Source of the DNA: Alphaproteobacteria bacterium | GTDB taxonomy: Bacteria; Pseudomonadota; Alphaproteobacteria; MPNO01; UBA830 | Length of the DNA stretch: 64,000 bases | Assembly (NCBI GenBank): GCA_965243135.1 | Contig: OZ251539.1 | Coordinates: 5,536,001-5,600,000, forward strand | Direction: 5' to 3' | Part shown: positions 18,792-27,386 of the stretch, piece by piece | Layout: each line of letters begins with the position of its first letter | Position numbering within the stretch: the first letter of the stretch is position 1 | Made by a program: the position numbers and the translations under genes | The notes under the pieces: model-generated | Database searches by the model: none | What the model was told of the DNA's origin: nothing | Seen by the model: only the letters and a program-made list of their open reading frames with translations

Positions 18792-19393
18792 CCGAAGGTG
18801 AACCCGATGTCGTTGGCGCCGGCGCCGTCGTCGCAGTTGGTCGTGACGTTGGCGATCGACACCGGCGCCGTCAGCGTCTGGCCGTTGATCACCAGGCTCA
18901 CGATCCCGGCCCGCGCCCGCGTCCGGTCGGCGTAGGCGTCGCCGAGCGCCGCGCACACCTCGTCGTCGACGTCCTCGAAGGTGACCCGGAACTGGTTGGT
19001 CGCGCCGCCGGGGCCGCCGAGGATCGTAACCAGCCCGCCGAACGGGTGGCGAATCTCGGTGCGCGCCGCCGCGAAGCCGGGCGTGCCGGCGGTTCCGACG
19101 GCGCCGATCCGGATCCGCGCCGAGTCGGGGATGTGGCCCCGCCGGTCGAGCGTCGGGATCAGGTCGGCGCCGTTGCCGTAGCTCGGCGACCCCGACCAGA
19201 CCGACTCGATGCCGGTGCGCAGCTGGTTCAGCAGCGCCAGCGCCTCGGTGCGGTTCGCCGTCTCGCGAGCCGAGTTGTACCAGGCGATCGTTCCCGCGAT
19301 CGCCACCGCCGTCAGCCCGAGGCCGAGCAGCACCGCGAAAACGTTCATCCCCCGCCGCGCCCGGCGGCGCAGCCGTCCGGCCGCCCTCCTCAT
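18788..19393 (-). CDS. pilS: Type IVb major pilin (PilS-like)
   Basis: Basic leader ending RRG|, hydrophobic helix, SYG, HPFGG.VT, F.VTF.DV.DEVC..L, second Cys near the C-terminus, ends FTFG. Confidence 0.85.
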   Translation of the reverse strand: MRRAAGRLRRRARRGMNVFAVLLGLGLTAVAIAGTIAWYNSARETANRTEALALLNQLRTGIESVWSGSPSYGNGADLIPTLDRRGHIPDSARIRIGAVGTAGTPGFAAARTEIRHPFGGLVTILGGPGGATNQFRVTFEDVDDEVCAALGDAYADRTRARAGIVSLVINGQTLTAPVSIANVTTNCDDGAGANDIGFTFG

Positions 19394-19406
19394 GTCGATC
19401 CCTCCT

Positions 19407-20438
19407 TCATCCCAGGGCCGCGCCGGCGGCGTCGAGAACGCGGAACATCGAATCCATGGCGACGCCGGTGACCAGGGCGGCCGCCGTCGTCATCGCCGCG
19501 TTCAGCCCGGCCGCCCGCGCCTGCATCGTCCGTTCCGACCGCGCCGCCCAGCGGTCGACGAAGCCCGCCAGCTTCGCCGGCCAGCCCGGCTGGCCGTCGA
19601 GCGCCGCCACCACGTGCACCAGCGCCGGGTCGGGAAACCGGTGGCCGGCGTCGACCATCGCCTGCCCAAGCCCCTTGCCGGCCCGCATCCCGCGCTGGAT
19701 CGCGCCGATCCGGTGCCGGGCGTAGGGCGCGGCGCTGCGGCGCAGCGCCTCGAACGCGCGGTCGTTCACGTCGACGCCCGCGCGCAGGAATTCCAGCACC
19801 GCGAACAGGAACGCCGAGCCCGTCAGCATGCGGTACAGGTTGAACGGCGGCAGCCGGTCGAGCGCCGTCCGCCCGGGGCCGGTCCAGGCGAGAGTCGCCG
19901 CCGCCAGCAGGCCGCCGAGAAGGAGCAGCGCCGCGAGAAAGGTCGCCGGGTTGCCGTGCAGCCACAGCGCGGCGCCGCGGAACGCCCGCGCGTGGGAGGG
20001 CCAGAGCGCGGGCGGCGCGATCGTCTCCATCACCGGGACGAAATGCCCGCCGGCCGCCCACAGCAGGACGACGACGCCGGCCGCGAGAAGGCACGGCATC
20101 GCCAGCGCCTTCGCGACCGCGGCCGTCTGGCGCTCGCGCAGTTCCGCCACCCGCGCGGCGGCGGCGAACAACGCCGCCGCGTCCACCCGCCCGTAGCCGT
20201 GGAAGAGCATCGCCTCGGACGCCGGCAGCCAGCGCGGGACCGTCTCCGCGAACCGTCCGTTCCGGAGCGCCCGCAGCCAGCGCTCCAGCGCCCATGCCCG
20301 CAGCCGCTGCCCCTGGTCGCGCGCCGACCGCGCCGCCGTTTCCAGCGCCCCCTCCAGCTCCCGGCCCGCCTCGAGAAGCCCGGCGATCGTGTGGTAGATC
20401 TCGATGCGGGCCGCCCGCGGCAGCGCGAACGCTTTCAC
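19407..20438 (-). CDS. pilR: PilR/GspF-family inner-membrane platform protein
   Basis: Two GspF-like domains, GPGRTALDRLPPFNLYR, G.GLGQAM.DAGHRFPDP. Confidence 0.85.
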   Translation of the reverse strand: MKAFALPRAARIEIYHTIAGLLEAGRELEGALETAARSARDQGQRLRAWALERWLRALRNGRFAETVPRWLPASEAMLFHGYGRVDAAALFAAAARVAELRERQTAAVAKALAMPCLLAAGVVVLLWAAGGHFVPVMETIAPPALWPSHARAFRGAALWLHGNPATFLAALLLLGGLLAAATLAWTGPGRTALDRLPPFNLYRMLTGSAFLFAVLEFLRAGVDVNDRAFEALRRSAAPYARHRIGAIQRGMRAGKGLGQAMVDAGHRFPDPALVHVVAALDGQPGWPAKLAGFVDRWAARSERTMQARAAGLNAAMTTAAALVTGVAMDSMFRVLDAAGAALG

Positions 20439-21994
20439 GCCGCCCGCTCCCCGACCGCGCGGAGGCCCGCCTGGCCGGGACGCGCCCCCTTCAGCAGCGC
20501 GTCGCGCGGGTCGGCGCGGCCCTGCGCCACCCGCTCCCAGATCTTCAGCCCGATCGGGACTCCGCCCATCTCTTCCGTCCAGTAGCGCCGCGCCGCCCCC
20601 GGCTCGACCCGGCGCACCAGGTCGAGGTAGGCGTCGTCGGGACGGATCGATTCCGCCAGCGCCGTCTGCCCGGCGTAGCCGTTCCACGCCTTCGCGGCGA
20701 TCGTCCCTTCGGCGTCGCGGCGGCAGCGCTCGCAGCCCTCCGGGTCGCGGAACCGCGCCGCGGGCCACCCCCGCAGCCGCGCCGCCAGCCACGGCGGCGG
20801 CGGCTCCGCCGGCTCCCGGCGGGCGCAGGACGGGCACAGCTCCGGAAGGAGCGTCTGCTTCATCAGCAGCGCGACGTTGCCCGGCTTGCAGGCCTCGGCC
20901 GCCGACACGCCGAGGTCGAGCAGCCGGAACAGGATCGCGTTGGCGTTGTCGACGTGGATGGTGGTCCAGATCTGGTGGCCGGTGTCGACGAACTGCAGGA
21001 CCTGGCGGGCGCCCTCGGCGTCGCGGATCTCGCTGACCATGCCCGACGCCGGGTGCACCCGGCAGAAATGCGACAGCGCCTCCTTGTAGTGCCGCGACCG
21101 CTCCTCCCCCGAACCCGAGGTCGGCACCGCGATCTGCACCGCGCCCGGAATCGGATACTCCACCGGGTCCTCCAGCGTCACCATGTTCAGCGCGCCGCCC
21201 GACTCCGCCATCTGCAGGGCGAGGTTGGCGGCGAGGGTCGTCGACTTGCCGTCGCCGGTCGAGCCGCCGATGAACACGCCGCCGTGCAGCGCCGTCCTGA
21301 TTTCCGCGAACGCCTCCGCCTCCGCCGCCGAGAACCCCAGCTTCTCCAGCGTCGCGTCCGCCGCCAGCGAGTCGCGGTAGAAGATGCGCGCGAACAGGTG
21401 GTCGCCGTCCGGCTCGTGCGGCCCGCGCTGGCAGCGCAGCGCCGAGACCGCGTCCGGCAGCGGCACCGCGCCGCCGCCGCGGATCGAGAACCCCTGGAAC
21501 GACTGCCGCTGGTAGGAGGTCTGCCCCGACCCCTCGTCCTTCGCGTGGAACAGGTAGCCCATCGCCCGTCCGCCGGTTCCGGGATCGAGCGGCTCCGCCA
21601 GCGGCAGCTTGCGGTCGTTGACGATCGCGAACGTCCGGCAGGCGCCGGCGCCGAGCTCGAAGACCACGTCGGAGGCCCGCGCCCGCGCGGCGGCGGCGAA
21701 CAGCGTCCGCACGCGGGCGAGGATGTCCGGATCGGCGCCGTCGACGGCCGCCAGCCCGCCCCACGCGGCCGCGATCTCCTCCGGCGAGGCGGTTTCCTCC
21801 GCCAGTTCGCCGGTCAGCGCGCCTGACCGCCGCAGCTTCAGCAGCGCCGCCCGCAGCGGCGGGTCGAACTCGTGGCCCGGCGCGATCTTGCACCGCCCGT
21901 CGGTCCACAGCGCGCAATGCGGACGCAGCGACGGGTCGAGCGCCGTCGCCAGCCGCGGCGGACCGGACGCCGGCTTCCTGCGGCGGAAGTTCAC
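20435..21994 (-). CDS. pilQ: PilQ/GspE-family pilus assembly ATPase
   Basis: ASD, Walker A GSTGDGKST, TLEDPVEY, MVSEIRD, DTGHQIWTTIH, CxxC...CxxC, GYAGQT.LAE. Confidence 0.9.
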   Translation of the reverse strand: MNFRRRKPASGPPRLATALDPSLRPHCALWTDGRCKIAPGHEFDPPLRAALLKLRRSGALTGELAEETASPEEIAAAWGGLAAVDGADPDILARVRTLFAAAARARASDVVFELGAGACRTFAIVNDRKLPLAEPLDPGTGGRAMGYLFHAKDEGSGQTSYQRQSFQGFSIRGGGAVPLPDAVSALRCQRGPHEPDGDHLFARIFYRDSLAADATLEKLGFSAAEAEAFAEIRTALHGGVFIGGSTGDGKSTTLAANLALQMAESGGALNMVTLEDPVEYPIPGAVQIAVPTSGSGEERSRHYKEALSHFCRVHPASGMVSEIRDAEGARQVLQFVDTGHQIWTTIHVDNANAILFRLLDLGVSAAEACKPGNVALLMKQTLLPELCPSCARREPAEPPPPWLAARLRGWPAARFRDPEGCERCRRDAEGTIAAKAWNGYAGQTALAESIRPDDAYLDLVRRVEPGAARRYWTEEMGGVPIGLKIWERVAQGRADPRDALLKGARPGQAGLRAVGERAA

Positions 21995-22593
21995 GGCGCG
22001 CGCCCCGGCGGCGGGCGGTGCGGCAGCGCGGCGCCCTCCGCCAGGACCGCCCCGGACGGACGGATCGCGCCGATCCGCGTTCCGTCCGGCAGCCGGTCGC
22101 CGGGACGCACGAACAGCGCCCGGCGGCCGTCGGTCACGCCCGCCCGCAGGCGGTCGCCCGACCCCAGGACGGTGAACCAGCCCCAGGACGGGCGCGGCGG
22201 GAGCGTCCGGCGGGGTTCCGCGACCGCCGCCGGCGGAACGGCGGGCCGGGGAAGCAGGGCGCGGACCTCGCCCTCCAGCGCCAGAACCCGCTTCACCGCC
22301 TCCTCGCGCCGCGCGCAAAGCGCCAGCGCCTCGCGCTCGATCGCCAGCGCCGCGATCGTCCCGGTTCCGTCCGACGCCTCGGCCAGCATCTCCCGCAGAA
22401 GCGCCTTCGGACAGCCGGACGGCGAGGACGCCGCCCGGGACGCGGGCGGTTCGGCGGGCGGAATCGCGTCCGCCGTGCCGGACGAGGCGGGCGTCTCCGC
22501 CGGCTCCGCTCCGCCTTTCGCGGAAAGCGGCGGTTCCGCGGCCGCCTGCGCCGCGAAGGCGACGAGCGCGGCGGAAAGAAGAAGGCGCGTCAC
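21991..22593 (-). CDS. pilP: PilP-like periplasmic pilus protein
   Basis: Signal peptide, coiled segment, C-terminal VRPGDRLPDGTRIGAIRPSGAVL beta-domain. Upstream of pilQ. Confidence 0.65.
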   Translation of the reverse strand: MTRLLLSAALVAFAAQAAAEPPLSAKGGAEPAETPASSGTADAIPPAEPPASRAASSPSGCPKALLREMLAEASDGTGTIAALAIEREALALCARREEAVKRVLALEGEVRALLPRPAVPPAAVAEPRRTLPPRPSWGWFTVLGSGDRLRAGVTDGRRALFVRPGDRLPDGTRIGAIRPSGAVLAEGAALPHRPPPGRAP

Positions 22594-22687
22594 GGCGAAC
22601 CCGCCGCCTGCCGGCGGGCGAGGCGGCGACGCCGCCGGGAGAGAAGCGGCCCTGCGAATCCCGCGTTCATGTTCCTGCCTTCCCCGC

Positions 22688-23968
22688 CTATACGTCCTCG
22701 CCGCCCTGACCGGCGTCGTCCCCGGATTCGCCGGAGTCGTCGCCGCCGTCGTCGCCGCTGTCGAAGCCGTCCTGCTCGCCGGTGTCGTAGTCGTAGCCGG
22801 CCTCGACGCCGCCCGGCCCGCCCATGGCGCCGCTCTCGTCGTCGTCCTCGGGCGGCGGCGGGCTGCAGTTGGCTGTCCGAACGGTCGCCCACGCCGTCGG
22901 CGGAATCGCCTGCACCGAACGCCCGCCGAACGAGAACGAGATCGTCCGCGTCCCCGGACCCGTCCGGACCTCCAGTCCCGCCGTGCCGCTCCAGCTCGCC
23001 GGGCACGGAATCGCCCGCGTCTCCCGGGAGCCCGCGGCCTCCGTCACCGTCGCCTTCGGATCGACCGCCGCCGTCGCCGTCCAGCAATTGTCCTCCACGA
23101 CCCGCCACGCGCCCCACGACGTCCCCGCTGCCGTCACCGTTCCGCGCCGCCGCCGGATGCGTTGCGGCAGGTCGGCCGCCGCCGCGCTGCCCTGCCAGCC
23201 GGCCGGGACCGGGCAGGGCTGCGTCCCGGTCTCCTCGACCGCGTAGTCGGCCCGGCAGTTGTCCGCGATCGTCCGCCACCCGCCGAACGAGGGAGCGCCG
23301 ATCGCCTCGCCGCGGCCGTTCACCGTCTGCCGGACCTCCCGCATCCGCCGGAGGCCCACCGTCTCGCCCGGCGCTCCCGCGTGCGACGCATGGAACCCCG
23401 CCGGACACGCCTGGACGCGGGTCTCGAACCGCACGCGCCGGCCCCTGTGCGCCGGCGCCCACGGGTCCTCCACCCGCCCGGCCCGCGCCGCCCGGCCCGT
23501 CGGCAGCGCGCCGCCGAACCCCGCTCCGGACAGGCAGGCGGGAAGGGCCACGTCGTCGCGCCCGACGCCGCCGCGGGCGACGGATCCGTCGAGCCAGTGC
23601 AGCGTCGGCGCGCGTTGCGTCCGCGGCGCGTGCGTCCACGGCGCCGCCCGGACGGCGCGCTGGTCGGGGCCGACCCCCTTGAGCCGCGCCGGCGCGAAGT
23701 AGACCAGCAGCGCGTCGCCGCAGTACCGCGCCCGCAGGCCCCGCTCCGTCCAGACGTCCAGCCAGCCGACGGACGCCGGCGGAATCGAACCGGTCCACGA
23801 GGTCGCCGCGGCCGAGCGCAGCAGGACGTGGTCCTCGAGCCGCCGGTACGCCGCCTCCAGCGCCTGCGCGTGCGCCAGCGCCTCCTCGCGGAAGATCCGC
23901 AGGGTCTCCGCGGACGCGGCGCCGGCGGCGAGAAGCGCGGCGAGAACGAGAAGAAGCGCGCGGCTCAC
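22688..23968 (-). CDS. Secreted Cys/Trp-repeat protein with acidic tail (candidate pilus adhesin)
   Basis: Signal peptide, three ET(R/G)xxxCP...R.R...W.x.x.x.x.x.NC modules, then PPPP and a D/E/G-rich tail. GTG start overlaps the pilO stop. Confidence 0.75.
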   Translation of the reverse strand: MSRALLLVLAALLAAGAASAETLRIFREEALAHAQALEAAYRRLEDHVLLRSAAATSWTGSIPPASVGWLDVWTERGLRARYCGDALLVYFAPARLKGVGPDQRAVRAAPWTHAPRTQRAPTLHWLDGSVARGGVGRDDVALPACLSGAGFGGALPTGRAARAGRVEDPWAPAHRGRRVRFETRVQACPAGFHASHAGAPGETVGLRRMREVRQTVNGRGEAIGAPSFGGWRTIADNCRADYAVEETGTQPCPVPAGWQGSAAAADLPQRIRRRRGTVTAAGTSWGAWRVVEDNCWTATAAVDPKATVTEAAGSRETRAIPCPASWSGTAGLEVRTGPGTRTISFSFGGRSVQAIPPTAWATVRTANCSPPPPEDDDESGAMGGPGGVEAGYDYDTGEQDGFDSGDDGGDDSGESGDDAGQGGEDV

Positions 23969-25152
23969 CGGACCGCCTCCAGTTCGCGGAACCGCGATTC
24001 CGGAAGCGCGGCGGGAGTCGCGGCGCGGCCTTCGAGCCTCCAGCCGTCCGGCTCGCGCGACAGGCGCACGATCTCCAGGCCGGGAACCGCGGCCACGAGC
24101 GCGGCGACCCGCGGCAGCGGATGCCCCGTCCGCAGCGTCACCCGCCGTTCCTTCGGGGCGTATTCGAGCGCGACCCCGGCCGTCCCCAGCCGGCGGTCCA
24201 GCGACCGCCGCAACCGGCGGTAGGTCGGCGGCTCCGCCGGCGCGATCCGGAGCGCAGGCGGTAGCGCCGCCACCGCCCACGCCGTGGCGTCCACCACCGC
24301 CGCCGACGGCCAGTCGGCGAGGCGCGCCTCGGCGATCTGCCGGTGCAGCGGCCGCGGACGGCCGGGCGGCAGCGTCCACCGCGCCGCCAGCGCCGGGCGT
24401 CCCGCCAGTTGCGGGTGCAGCGGCGCGAGGACTGCGTCCGCGAACCGCGCCTCGCAGGACAGGCTGTGCAGGTTCCAGGCCGGAAGCCACGGCGGGCGCG
24501 CCGCCAGCGCCGCCCGGCAACCTTCGATCAGCGCCGGGCCGTCGACCGCCGCGAGAACCTGCGGCTCGGCCGGCGGCGGCGGCGGTTCGGGCGGAGGCCC
24601 GGCGCGCCAGCGCCGCAGCGGCTCCTGCCAGTGCCAGGCGGCCCCCGCGCCAAGGAGAAGGACGAGGAACCCGGCGGCGGCCGCCGCCGGCAGGCGCGCC
24701 CGCGGCGCGGCGGACAGCTTCGCCGCCGGCGCCGGCGGGTCGAGATCGACCGCGCCCTCCGCCAGCCCCGGCGTCGCGTACGGTACCCAGCCGCCCGCCT
24801 TGCGGGCGCGCTCGAACGCCGCGACCGCCGTCTCCCTGTCGTCGAAGACCTCGTCGCCGTCGGCGAGAATCGATCCGTCGCGGACCCGGACCAGCGCGAA
24901 CCGTCCGCCCTGGCCGCCGGCCAGCGCGACGAAGGACGCGACGCCGACATGGGCCGACAGCGCGGCGGCCAGGCTCGGCAGGCCCTCCACGCTCTCCGGG
25001 CCGCCCGGCCCGAAGCCCGTCTGGTTCCGCCAGTGCGCGACGAACGGGCGGCCGAGCTCGCGGGCGCGGCGCGCCGTCGCCGAACGCCCGGCGCGGTCCA
25101 TCCAGTCGAGGCCTGCGGCGAAGCGTTCGCCGCCGAGAACGACGACGCTCAC
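23965..25152 (-). CDS. pilO: PilO-like pilus accessory protein
   Basis: Starts VSVVVLGGERFAAGLDW, SLAAAL, ALVRVRDG.IL..GDEVF, central TM, LPAWNLHSLSC. Follows pilN. Confidence 0.78.
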   Translation of the reverse strand: MSVVVLGGERFAAGLDWMDRAGRSATARRARELGRPFVAHWRNQTGFGPGGPESVEGLPSLAAALSAHVGVASFVALAGGQGGRFALVRVRDGSILADGDEVFDDRETAVAAFERARKAGGWVPYATPGLAEGAVDLDPPAPAAKLSAAPRARLPAAAAAGFLVLLLGAGAAWHWQEPLRRWRAGPPPEPPPPPAEPQVLAAVDGPALIEGCRAALAARPPWLPAWNLHSLSCEARFADAVLAPLHPQLAGRPALAARWTLPPGRPRPLHRQIAEARLADWPSAAVVDATAWAVAALPPALRIAPAEPPTYRRLRRSLDRRLGTAGVALEYAPKERRVTLRTGHPLPRVAALVAAVPGLEIVRLSREPDGWRLEGRAATPAALPESRFRELEAVR

Positions 25153-26675
25153 AGCTCCTCTCCCTCGGAAATCCCCAGCGGGTCGCCGATCTCCGCCGAC
25201 ACCAGGAGAACCTGCTCGAACCGCCGCAACGACGCCTTCCGCCCGCCCTCCGGCGCCGGCAGCGTCGCGAGGAAGCTGCCCGTCCGGTCCGACGACGCGG
25301 CGCGGTCGCGGAACCCCGTGACCACCAGCGTCTCGCCCCGGCGGACGCGCTGGGTCACCTGGACGGCGCGCGCCGCGTAGGCCGGCAACTGGATGCGCTG
25401 CGACGCCGACGCGAACTCCCGGAACGCCGGACGGTCCTGAAGGCTCGCGAACAGCCGCACCAGCACCTCGTCCGGACCCGTGATCCGCGGCAGGTACGAC
25501 AGCGAGAACCCCGACGAGATCGTCCCCGGGATCAGCTGCGTCTGCGCCGCCCCGTCCGTCACCGTCGTCCGGATTTCCTTCAGGTACGATTCGTTGAACA
25601 ACTCGAAGAACTGCGCTGGGCGCCCGTTCAGCGACGGCACGTCGGCCGTCAACGTCCGCGAGGCGTTGCCCGCCTGCGACAGCGCCCGCAGCGTCGCCTG
25701 CAGCGTGTCCTCGGCGCTCCGCCCCGGCTTGACCAGCGCGATCTTGCCCTCGCCGACCTCGACGTTGAAGCCGCCCGCGCTGCCGCGGCCGATCCGCTGC
25801 AGCGCCGCGAGGACGCCCAGCTCGTAGTCCGCCGACCGTTCGTAGCGCACCGTGTAGACGTGCGCGGTGAGCGAGACCGGGCGCAGGACCTCCCGGTTCA
25901 GGTGCGCGAGGAAGCGCCGGACGCGGGCGATTTCGCGGGGCAGCCCGCGCACCGCGACCGACGCCGAGGACGGCGCCACCGAAACCCGCGTGCCCTCGTC
26001 GAGCAGCGCCTTCAGCTGGCCGGCGATCTCCTTCCACGGCTCGTACTGCGCCCGAGCCGCCACCTGCTGCCGCGTCAGGTTCGCCGCGCCGTCCTCGCCC
26101 TCCCGGTCCTGGGTCGACGAACTCGCCTCGTAGCTCTGCGACCCGGCGAGCGCGTTGATCCGGAAGATCGCCGTCCGCGAGCGAATCACCGCGATCCGCT
26201 CCGCCTCCGGGTCGTGGCGCCATTCGTAGCCGCGCGCCGCCGTCCAGGCGTCCAGCAGGTCCGCCGGCGGGCCGGTCCACAGATCGCCCGCCGGCGACAG
26301 CGCGTCCCGCGAAACCCCCAGCGCCGGGGGAACTCCTTCGGGCGCGGGACCCGCGAACGAAACGCGCATTCCGTCGAGCGCGGCCTCGAGCCGCCGCGCC
26401 AGAACCCCGTCCGTCTCGTCGCCGCGCAGCGGCAGCGTCACCGGTTCCGCCGGCAACAGGCCGCGGCGCTGGAGATCCTCCGGAAGCGCCGTCAGCCCGA
26501 CGTACGGACGGTCCGCGACGCGAATCGACGAATAGCGATCCGGCGGCGCTTCGAGCCGTTCCGCGATCGCCCGGCCGGCCTCCGCCGCCGCCCGGTCGGC
26601 GGTTTCAAGCTCCGGTTGACCGCAGGCCGCCAGCAGGGCGAGCGGCGCAAAACGAATCGCTGCGATTGACACCAA
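25149..26675 (-). CDS. pilN: PilN-family lipoprotein secretin
   Basis: Lipobox LLAAC, WKEI..QLKALL, SVAPSSASVAVRG.P, LN...LRPV, SLNGRPA, SYL, PGTISSGFSL...P, IQLP, RRGETLVVTGF. Confidence 0.88.
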   Translation of the reverse strand: MVSIAAIRFAPLALLAACGQPELETADRAAAEAGRAIAERLEAPPDRYSSIRVADRPYVGLTALPEDLQRRGLLPAEPVTLPLRGDETDGVLARRLEAALDGMRVSFAGPAPEGVPPALGVSRDALSPAGDLWTGPPADLLDAWTAARGYEWRHDPEAERIAVIRSRTAIFRINALAGSQSYEASSSTQDREGEDGAANLTRQQVAARAQYEPWKEIAGQLKALLDEGTRVSVAPSSASVAVRGLPREIARVRRFLAHLNREVLRPVSLTAHVYTVRYERSADYELGVLAALQRIGRGSAGGFNVEVGEGKIALVKPGRSAEDTLQATLRALSQAGNASRTLTADVPSLNGRPAQFFELFNESYLKEIRTTVTDGAAQTQLIPGTISSGFSLSYLPRITGPDEVLVRLFASLQDRPAFREFASASQRIQLPAYAARAVQVTQRVRRGETLVVTGFRDRAASSDRTGSFLATLPAPEGGRKASLRRFEQVLLVSAEIGDPLGISEGEEL

Positions 26676-26684
26676 ACCGAACTC

Positions 26685-26707
26685 CGTTCACTTTCATGGC
26701 GTGAACG
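26685..26707. promoter_or_regulatory. Operator-like inverted repeat CGTTCAC-N9-GTGAACG upstream of pilN
   Basis: Perfect 7-bp arms at 26685-26691 and 26701-26707, about 10 nt before the pilN start. Confidence 0.4.
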
Positions 26708-26731
26708 CTGGTCGGCTGGTGACCGTCTACA

Positions 26732-27322
26732 TCACATGACGGCGTAGATGACCAGCGGCGCGGGAACGCGGCCGCCGATATTGGTCTGGAGTTCGACCAG
26801 ATTGAAGCCCCACCACAGGACGGAGCCGACTGCGCCGGCGAGGAAAAGCGCGTCCGAGAGCGCAAGCCGTTCGGTCCTTTTCCAGCGCAAGGCCTCGACG
26901 GCGTACAAGATGCCGCCGAAAACCGCGCCCGCGAGTCCAGCCGGCCAGTAGCCCTCGTAGCGCCTCCAATACTCTTCCTGCGCGCCGAACTGCCAATGGG
27001 CCCAGACCGCGAGCGCGGCGCAGAGCATCGCGAGGTTGGCGAAAGCGAAGAAATCGTCGAGCCAGACCGAGCCTTCGCGCAGCGGCCGGCGGCGGCCCGC
27101 GAACAGGAACAGCGACATGACCGCCACGCCGAGGAAGAAGGTGCCCTTGAAGATCTCGGAGACCGGCGGGCCGAAAAAGGCGATGTGAACGAAGAAATAC
27201 GAATAGGCGACGGCGACGCAGGAAAACAGGATCCTCGGGACGCCCGAGATTTTGCGCGGCGAGGACATTTCCTCGCCGACGAGCCCGATTTTCGTAAGCG
27301 CGGTCAGCGTCCTGCCGGCCAT
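26732..27322 (-). pseudogene. Truncated TRAP fused (4TM/12TM) permease, 5' part only
   Basis: Follows the TAXI binding-protein gene. N-terminal TRAP-like TMs (FGPPVSEIFKGTFF, LSDALFL) stop after 196 codons, at the start of the pilus region. Confidence 0.75.
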
Positions 27323-27348
27323 GCCCGCTCGCTCCCGCGCGGAAATCG

Positions 27349-27380
27349 CGCCCGGCGCGAAGCGTTCTTCGCGCCGGGCG
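27349..27380. terminator. 14-bp stem hairpin between the TAXI gene and the permease
   Basis: CGCCCGGCGCGAAG-cgtt-CTTCGCGCCGGGCG perfect inverted repeat. Confidence 0.55.
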
Positions 27381-27386
27381 GGCCTG

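Larger units (their letters stand above)
1..26736 (-). mobile_element. Integrated conjugative-type element (right part): type IVb pilus + type IVB (IncI Tra / Dot-Icm) secretion gene run
   Basis: About 27 co-oriented genes with ATGA/GTGA overlaps, visibly higher GC than the rest of the window, IncI1-like order, and abrupt truncation of a TRAP permease at 26732-26736. The left end, integrase/transposase, relaxase and coupling protein are not in the window. Confidence 0.75.

Noticed and set aside
6-26669. Many long Arg/Ala/Gly/Pro-rich ORFs on the + strand and in alternative frames (e.g. 65..3208, 16070..18262, 21872..24223)
   Set aside because: Shadow ORFs caused by very high GC. They overlap motif-bearing minus-strand genes and have no recognisable motifs.
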